Of a stretch of DNA of 64,000 nt, positions 60,131 to 64,000 are shown piece by piece. Under the pieces are notes generated by a model that had not been told where the DNA came from, did no database searches, and saw nothing but the letters and a program-made list of their open reading frames with translations. Position 1 is the stretch's first letter. Each line of letters begins with the position of its first letter. The stretch is from an uncultured cyanobacterium (GTDB lineage: Bacteria > Cyanobacteriota > Cyanobacteriia > CAKZMO01): NCBI GenBank assembly GCA_963719515.1, contig CAVRCJ010000010.1:672001-736000 (forward strand). Direction: 5' to 3'. The translations under genes and the position numbers were made by a program.

Positions 60131-60336
60131 GAGTAGTACAAGCTTTTTTGAAATGCGAGGCTTAGCCATGTACCGGGGCTTCAATTCCCAGGTTCGCCAT
60201 CGTGAGTTCAGGGCTTGTTCGTAGAAACATGGAGCGGATGAGGACAGGTGGCGAGGAAGGCAAGATGGGTATCATCTGTGGATAGCGGTTAGATTTAAAG
60301 CAAGGCTAACGCTACATCAGCGATGGGGAAAGGCCA

Positions 60337-60549
60337 ATGACTCAATTAACTATCGAGCTACCTGAGCAGATCGCAAAAGATTTGGAGGCCTATCTACGGG
60401 CAAATCCACAGGAAACTCTAGTGGGGCTGATTTACGAGGCGCTACAAATTAGGTTGACTCCAAAAGATCCTTCTCAGCTCCTAGCGTTGGCAGGCATCGT
60501 CACTGATGCCCCTCGCGGAGCGGCAGAGCATGCGGAGGACTTAGCCTAG
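60337..60549 (+). CDS. small antitoxin-like protein
   Basis: MTQLTIELPE N-terminus (RHH-like); C-terminal LLALAGIV...AAEHAED; upstream of a PIN remnant. Confidence 0.6.
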   Translation: MTQLTIELPEQIAKDLEAYLRANPQETLVGLIYEALQIRLTPKDPSQLLALAGIVTDAPRGAAEHAEDLA

Positions 60550-60550
60550 C

Positions 60551-60724
60551 TTTGACAAGCTGCAAAGCGCGGTGACTGAATTGCCCCAGTGGCGCGGCTC
60601 CTTGGAAGATGGAACGGTGATGCTGACGGCACTGAAATATCGCTGCCCTATCTGGACTTACAATTTTCGAGACTTCAGCGTATTCCAGACTTTGGAATTT
60701 TGGAATCCAAGTATGGGAAACTAG
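60551..60724 (+). pseudogene. PIN/VapC toxin C-terminal remnant
   Basis: SLEDGTVMLTALKYRCPIWTYNFRDF; no start, in-frame TAG at 60542. Confidence 0.6.
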
Positions 60725-60851
60725 TGGTGCGTTGTGGCCGTTACAGCTCTGGTAGGCTAGCGCCAGATTATCCTCATAGCTTTGCTGAGCGGCTGAGATG
60801 CGGGGCTTAGCCATAGACTGGGGTTTCAATTCTCAGGTGGGCCATCGCAAC

Positions 60852-61199
60852 TTAAAGACTGGTTCCCTGCCGCTCTGAGAGGGCAATTAGGACTTGAATG
60901 CGGTGAACGTTGGCTTGCTCAATCCGCTCAGAGATTTCAATTAGCTCGGTCTGTTCGGCAGGCGTTAGGGTTTCGGCTTGGCGCTTGGCAATCAGCGTGT
61001 GGTAGCGCTTCCAGGTATCCTGCGAAAGTCCAATGCTGACTTGCTCTAGGAGTTCGGCTTCTATTATGGCAGGGGGTGGACTAAGCCGCTGCTGCAGTAG
61101 ATTGAGGATGTAGCTGGTGGGGTTGAGGCCTTGCTGGGTCGCAACTTCGTGCAGGCGCTGCTCTAATTCTGGAGTGAGGGTGAGGGTGAGCGTCGCCAT
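60852..61199 (-). CDS. antitoxin-like protein, probably prematurely terminated
   Basis: MATLTLTLTPELEQRL...RYHTLIAKRQAETLTPAEQTELI; a family-like tail continues in frame to TAA 60807. Confidence 0.65.
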   Translation of the reverse strand: MATLTLTLTPELEQRLHEVATQQGLNPTSYILNLLQQRLSPPPAIIEAELLEQVSIGLSQDTWKRYHTLIAKRQAETLTPAEQTELIEISERIEQANVHRIQVLIALSERQGTSL

Positions 61200-61320
61200 G
61201 ACATCGATGAGATGAATTTCCTCTATTGTAGCTGTGTCTATTGATATCTCTTATTCACGCTATGTGGCCGATAGCCCAGAGAATGAGGCAAAATTAACGT
61301 TAGGTAGCAGAAAAGCTGAG

Positions 61321-62706
61321 ATGAGTGACGAGAAGATCGATGGCCAAAAGTCACAGGGCCTGATCAGTGACGCTAAGGGGTCGATCGAGCAGCAGTATGG
61401 CGATCGCCCAACGACGAATACAGGTGGTGGCGATTCTGCTGGACGCGATGTTAATAAGCGCCAGAATACCTTCATTATCAACTTGCTCGGCTCTGACCCT
61501 GCTAGTTCCATCTCACAGCAATCGATACAAGAATTAGTCGCAGTGCTGGCGCAAGTGACTGATGGGCAAAGCGTGAGCCGGGCTTATCAAGAGGCGCTAC
61601 CGCCGGATGCGGATGTGTCGCGGGCCAAAGCAACCACCTTGGAAGGTATGGTGGCGCAGCTTGAGGAGTTTCGGAAGCTGCAAGCGTTTCTACAACAAAT
61701 TGCGGCAGACCCTAATCTTCCAGAAGCTGTGCGCAGACAGCTCGACGAACTCCAGCAGCAGGAGGGGAATGTTGCTCAGAAAGAATCAGAGGACACCATC
61801 AGTACTAGTCCCTCTGTTCTTCAGGCGTATCTTCAGATTGTGGTTCGTCAAGAGCGAGGCTCAGACAAACTTGTCGTTAACGCCTGGCTGATTCCCGATA
61901 TCAGTGTTACTGACCCCAGTCAGCGCTACCAGTCTCTAGATTTAGACGAGTCTCGAAAAGGCGTTTCCTGTCAGATCGAAGGCGTCCAGGCGATTCTAAA
62001 TCAGTTTCTAGATGCAGCACTGGAAACGCTAGATGGTCAATATTATGACCAGCACTATGAGCTGACAATTGAGATGTTTCTGCCGTGGGAGTACCTTTGC
62101 AGAGACGTTGATGCCTGGAAGATGACGGTCGATCTGGACTATGAGCAAGAGATATTTCCAGTGGGCACCAGATATCACGTGCTTGTTAGGTCTCAAGAAC
62201 GGCTCAGTCCGAAGTATCTACGCAATAAGCGAAATCAGTGGCTGGCAAGTTGGGAGCGCGTTGAGGCGCGCCTATCGTCCTCGGTGGCGCTTAAAGATGA
62301 CGACTTTGAGCACATAAATCAGATGCAGACCTGCGACTGGGCTAGGCTCGGTAATCGACTGGAGCAGAAGCTAGGCCTCAAGGTCACTTGTGGCCTGCTC
62401 GAAGATCGCAAGAAGGAGCTATTTACCTGTATCCTCCGCGCCGCTGCCCCCGTTGCTGTTTGGCCGAGGGTTGACTTCTGCGAGGAGGATAACCTTGAGG
62501 GGCAGGAACGCGAGATTAACGGTCTGCTTGTTTCTAGGCCGCTGCGATCGCTAATGAACCGTATCCGGCAGAAACGCAAGGACGCCCACTGCGCGAGCTG
62601 TTCAGACGCCCATATCGGTTCGCATTTAGCAATTCTATGGGAAGATCCAAATCGACTGACGCCGGATGTGCAGCCCCAGGCTCAGCTTAAATCGCCAGGA
62701 ACATGA
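61321..62706 (+). CDS. vWA-MoxR-associated protein (VMAP-C domain)
   Basis: LTIEMFLP..L...VDAW, VLVRSQERL, APVAVWPR, HLAILWEDPNRL; upstream of a MoxR ATPase. Confidence 0.75.
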   Translation: MSDEKIDGQKSQGLISDAKGSIEQQYGDRPTTNTGGGDSAGRDVNKRQNTFIINLLGSDPASSISQQSIQELVAVLAQVTDGQSVSRAYQEALPPDADVSRAKATTLEGMVAQLEEFRKLQAFLQQIAADPNLPEAVRRQLDELQQQEGNVAQKESEDTISTSPSVLQAYLQIVVRQERGSDKLVVNAWLIPDISVTDPSQRYQSLDLDESRKGVSCQIEGVQAILNQFLDAALETLDGQYYDQHYELTIEMFLPWEYLCRDVDAWKMTVDLDYEQEIFPVGTRYHVLVRSQERLSPKYLRNKRNQWLASWERVEARLSSSVALKDDDFEHINQMQTCDWARLGNRLEQKLGLKVTCGLLEDRKKELFTCILRAAAPVAVWPRVDFCEEDNLEGQEREINGLLVSRPLRSLMNRIRQKRKDAHCASCSDAHIGSHLAILWEDPNRLTPDVQPQAQLKSPGT

Positions 62707-62791
62707 TGGAAGAATCTACAGCTGCCACAATGATTGAATCTAGAGCCATCGCTGGTGCAGACTCGTTGTGTAGTAGCGTTTGGCCTATTGT

Positions 62792-62910
62792 AGGCCCCCT
62801 AACCCCCAATCCTGGGGGAACCAGAGGAAGTCTAAATCCCTTACTGCCATTTGCTTTTATGCATCCTAACTTCAAATCCCGCTCCCCCAAACTTGGGGGC
62901 TGGGGGGCCT
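62792..62910. repeat. MITE/REP-like element with terminal inverted repeats
   Basis: AGGCCCCCTAACCCCCAATCCTGGGGGA ... TCCCCCAAACTTGGGGGCTGGGGGGCCT. Confidence 0.7.
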
Positions 62911-63015
62911 CTTCGAGTAATGAGACGTCGAAGATACTTCAGGACGTAAATTTTGCTTGCGGTACTTGTCTGAACTCGGGAAATTTGAATGTCCTCAGCA
63001 GTATGTGGAGTTGAC

Positions 63016-64000
63016 ATGAGCGACTGGCGTATTTTTACTGGCACTGGAGAGCCCCACAACAGAATCGCTGACCTACCAAAACCGCCAAGCTGGCGAGACT
63101 TTGAACGGGACTTTGACGCGGAAGAACTAGTCGGTGCGCCGCGCCCGCTGAGCGATCGCGATAGAACCCGTGGCGAGAGCTTTCGCGTGTCATCTACCGA
63201 CGAGGACTTGATAAACGTAGTGAACGCGGCGCTGTATCTGCGGCGACCGCTGCTGGTGACGGGGAAGCCGGGGACGGGGAAGACGTCGCTGGCTTATCGG
63301 ATTGCCTATGAGCTGGGGCTGGGGGCGGTGCTATCTTGGTCGATTACGGCGCGGTCTACCCTGCAGGATGGGCTGTATCGCTATGATGCGATTTCGCGGC
63401 TGCAGGATGTGCAGCTGAAGCCGAAGGAGAACGGGGCGGTTGGTGAGGCGAGCGCTGATATTGGCCGCTATATTCAGCTCGGACCGCTGGGGACGGCGAT
63501 GCTGCCGGCGAAGACACCCCGCGTGCTGCTGATTGATGAGTTTGATAAGAGCGACATCAACTTACCCAATGATTTGCTGAACCTGTTCGAAGAAGGAGAG
63601 TTTGAGGTGCCGGAGCTGGCGCGGATCGCGAAAGATACAGAACGGGTGCAGGTGCGCACCTATGATGAGCGAGACGCGACTATCAAGCGGGGGAAGGTGC
63701 AGTGCGCGAGTTTTCCGTTTGTGGTGTTGACGAGCAACGGGGAACGGGACTTTCCGCCTGCGTTTTTGCGGCGCTGCCTGCGGCTGACGATGCCCGACCC
63801 GACCCAGGAGGCGCTGGCGGATATTGTGAAGGCGCATTTGGGGGCTGAGGCGGTGAATGAGGCGGAGCCGCTGATTGAGCAGTTTGTGGAGAAGCGGACA
63901 AAGGGGGACCTGTCGCCGGACCAGCTTTTGAATGCGGTGTATTTGGTGACGAATCAGTTTAGCCCGGAAAAGGGCGATCGCAAGAAGCTGATGGATGTGC
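63016..64000 (+). CDS. MoxR-family AAA+ ATPase (3'-partial; absent from the ORF track)
   Basis: ATG 63016 MSDWRIFTG; VNAALYLRRPLLVTGKPGTGKT; LLIDEFDKSDINLPNDLL; TSNGERDFPPAFLRRC. Confidence 0.92.
   Translation, partial: MSDWRIFTGTGEPHNRIADLPKPPSWRDFERDFDAEELVGAPRPLSDRDRTRGESFRVSSTDEDLINVVNAALYLRRPLLVTGKPGTGKTSLAYRIAYELGLGAVLSWSITARSTLQDGLYRYDAISRLQDVQLKPKENGAVGEASADIGRYIQLGPLGTAMLPAKTPRVLLIDEFDKSDINLPNDLLNLFEEGEFEVPELARIAKDTERVQVRTYDERDATIKRGKVQCASFPFVVLTSNGERDFPPAFLRRCLRLTMPDPTQEALADIVKAHLGAEAVNEAEPLIEQFVEKRTKGDLSPDQLLNAVYLVTNQFSPEKGDRKKLMDV

Larger units (their letters stand above)
1..64000. repeat. HIP1 octamer GCGATCGC dispersed throughout
   Basis: Dozens of copies in core genes (e.g. 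600, 3498, 7449, 46463); none noticed in the IS4 or ISAzo13 elements. Confidence 0.9.

Noticed and set aside
62703..63014. 103-aa ORF between VMAP and MoxR
   Set aside because: Mostly translation of the palindromic repeat; no protein-like motif
1..64000. Many 60-250 aa ORFs overlapping identified genes
   Set aside because: Expected antisense or alternate-frame shadows in GC-rich coding DNA

Overview
GC-rich cyanobacterial chromosome segment, probably from a filamentous Leptolyngbya/Nodosilinea-like organism (inferred from psbA, opcA, an SLH-porin and very frequent HIP1 GCGATCGC octamers). Housekeeping genes include priA, pyrF, fbp-zwf-opcA, cysK, DAHP synthase, htpX, psbA, proS and gltX. These are interleaved with mobile elements (one IS4, one ISAzo13, three IS200/IS605 tnpB elements, IS1 and IS3 relics) and many gene scars. 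No rRNA, tRNA or CRISPR array was found. Most notable observations: (1) a module present twice (6766-7398 and 59451-60133) made of a conserved sigma70 promoter, a ~225-nt structured leader with an RBS-sequestering hairpin, and a small uncharacterised ORF, both copies lying next to toxin-antitoxin/nuclease debris; (2) a VMAP + MoxR ATPase conflict locus at the right edge whose VMAP has a possible amyloid-like N-terminal motif; (3) a D1 (psbA) with Ile at the nearly invariant QB-site Ser264; (4) three in-frame 21-27 nt double-hairpin micro-insertions in genes; (5) a photolyase-family protein with cryptochrome-like residues; (6) a CHAT-STAND-TPR protein with a His-to-Gln change in the protease dyad, plus a collapsed CHAT...WD40 gene scar. 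All family assignments come from motif recognition by eye; no database search was run.
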